Notes under the pieces: model-generated
What the model was told of the DNA's origin: nothing
Database searches by the model: none
The model's input: the letters and a program-made list of their open reading frames with translations, nothing else
Translations under genes and position numbers: made by a program
Shown here: positions 63,297-64,000 of the stretch, one piece after another
Layout: each line of letters opens with the position of its first letter
Numbering within the stretch: the first letter of the stretch is position 1
NCBI GenBank assembly: GCA_963749915.1
Contig: CAVVOP010000005.1
Span: 320,001 to 384,000 of the forward strand
Length of the DNA: 64,000 bases
Direction: 5' to 3'
Origin: an uncultured cyanobacterium
GTDB taxonomy: Bacteria; Cyanobacteriota; Cyanobacteriia; Cyanobacteriales; Cyanobacteriaceae

Positions 63297-63770
63297 TACG
63301 ATAATGTAGCTTATGGAGCAAGAATTAATAAATATAAAGGGGATTTAGACGAATTAGTGGAAAATTCTCTTAAACGTGCCGCTTTGTGGGATGAAGTTAA
63401 AGATAAATTAGGTGAAAGTGGTTTTTCTTTATCTGGTGAACAACAACAGAGATTATGTATTGCTCGTACCATTGCTGCCCAACCTGAAGTAATATTAATG
63501 GATGAACCTTGTTCAGCATTAGACCCTCTTTCTACTCTAAAAATAGAAGAATTAATGCACGAATCAAAGGCAAACTACACTATCGTCATTGTTACTCATA
63601 ATATGCAGCAAGCGACTAGAGTAGCTGAGATGACGGCGTTTTTTAATGCTGAAGCATTAGGGAAAGGCAGTAAAGTTGGCTATTTAGTTGAATATGACCA
63701 AACAGATGTAATTTTTGGTAGCCCCAAAGAAGAAACAACCAGAGATTATGTAAGTGGTAGCTTTGGTTAA
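63297..63770 (+). pseudogene. pstB: 5'-truncated phosphate ABC ATPase
   Basis: [36 protein letters not shown] and VTHNMQQA. Walker A is missing. Confidence 0.88.
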
Positions 63771-63829
63771 TGCCAGTAAGCTGCCCATAAAATTTCTGGA
63801 TTTTCAAATTTAGAAACGTGATAGAGATA

Positions 63830-64000
63830 ATGAAAAATCAAGAGATAAACTCTAAAATTACCAAATATTTTCCCATTTTAAGTTGGTTGCCAAAGTACCA
63901 ATTATCTTGGTTACGAGCCGACATAATTGCCGGATTAACTGTTTGGGCAGTAATGGTACCCGAATCCATGGCTTACGCGGGAATTGCTGGTGTTCCACCT
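63830..64000 (+). CDS. SulP-family anion transporter (runs off the window)
   Basis: FPILSWLPKY...ADIIAGLTVWAVMVPESMAYAGIAGVPP. Confidence 0.85.
   Translation, partial: MKNQEINSKITKYFPILSWLPKYQLSWLRADIIAGLTVWAVMVPESMAYAGIAGVPP

Overview
AT-rich chromosomal segment of a unicellular beta-cyanobacterium, probably Cyanobacterium/Geminocystis-like (inferred from frequent HIP1 GCGATCGC sites, the ccmK2K1LMN operon, psbZ, psb27, petJ, chlP and ebsA). Most of the window is intact housekeeping genes: ribH, rpiA, cbiT, smpB, asd, rnc, dusA, galE, nblB, rnb, htpG, pdhC, mntAB, gcvT, lepB, pgk and tRNA-Arg(CCT). Notable intact loci are egtD paired with a short OvoA-type sulfoxide synthase (probable ergothioneine pathway), an LRAT/NlpC-P60 domain fused to a PspA/Vipp1-like helix, an Amt with a HAMP-like tail but no output domain, and a GC-rich, probably imported glgX. 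Between them is a dense layer of fossil DNA, much of it absent from the ORF track: IS630, two IS1634, IS982 and IS110 remnants, several MITE families (one with a perfect 10-bp target duplication), probable in-frame micro-insertions, and at least seven genes cut or fused by deletions (sbtA, a P450, a helicase-TPR protein, resolvase|integrase, AbrB|VapC, TIGR03032, P-type ATPase|pstB). No CRISPR array, rRNA or prophage was seen. I cannot confirm a wholly new system. The best candidates are the LRAT-PspA fusion, the output-less sensory-type Amt and the deletion-driven erosion pattern. All family assignments come from motif recognition, not database searches.
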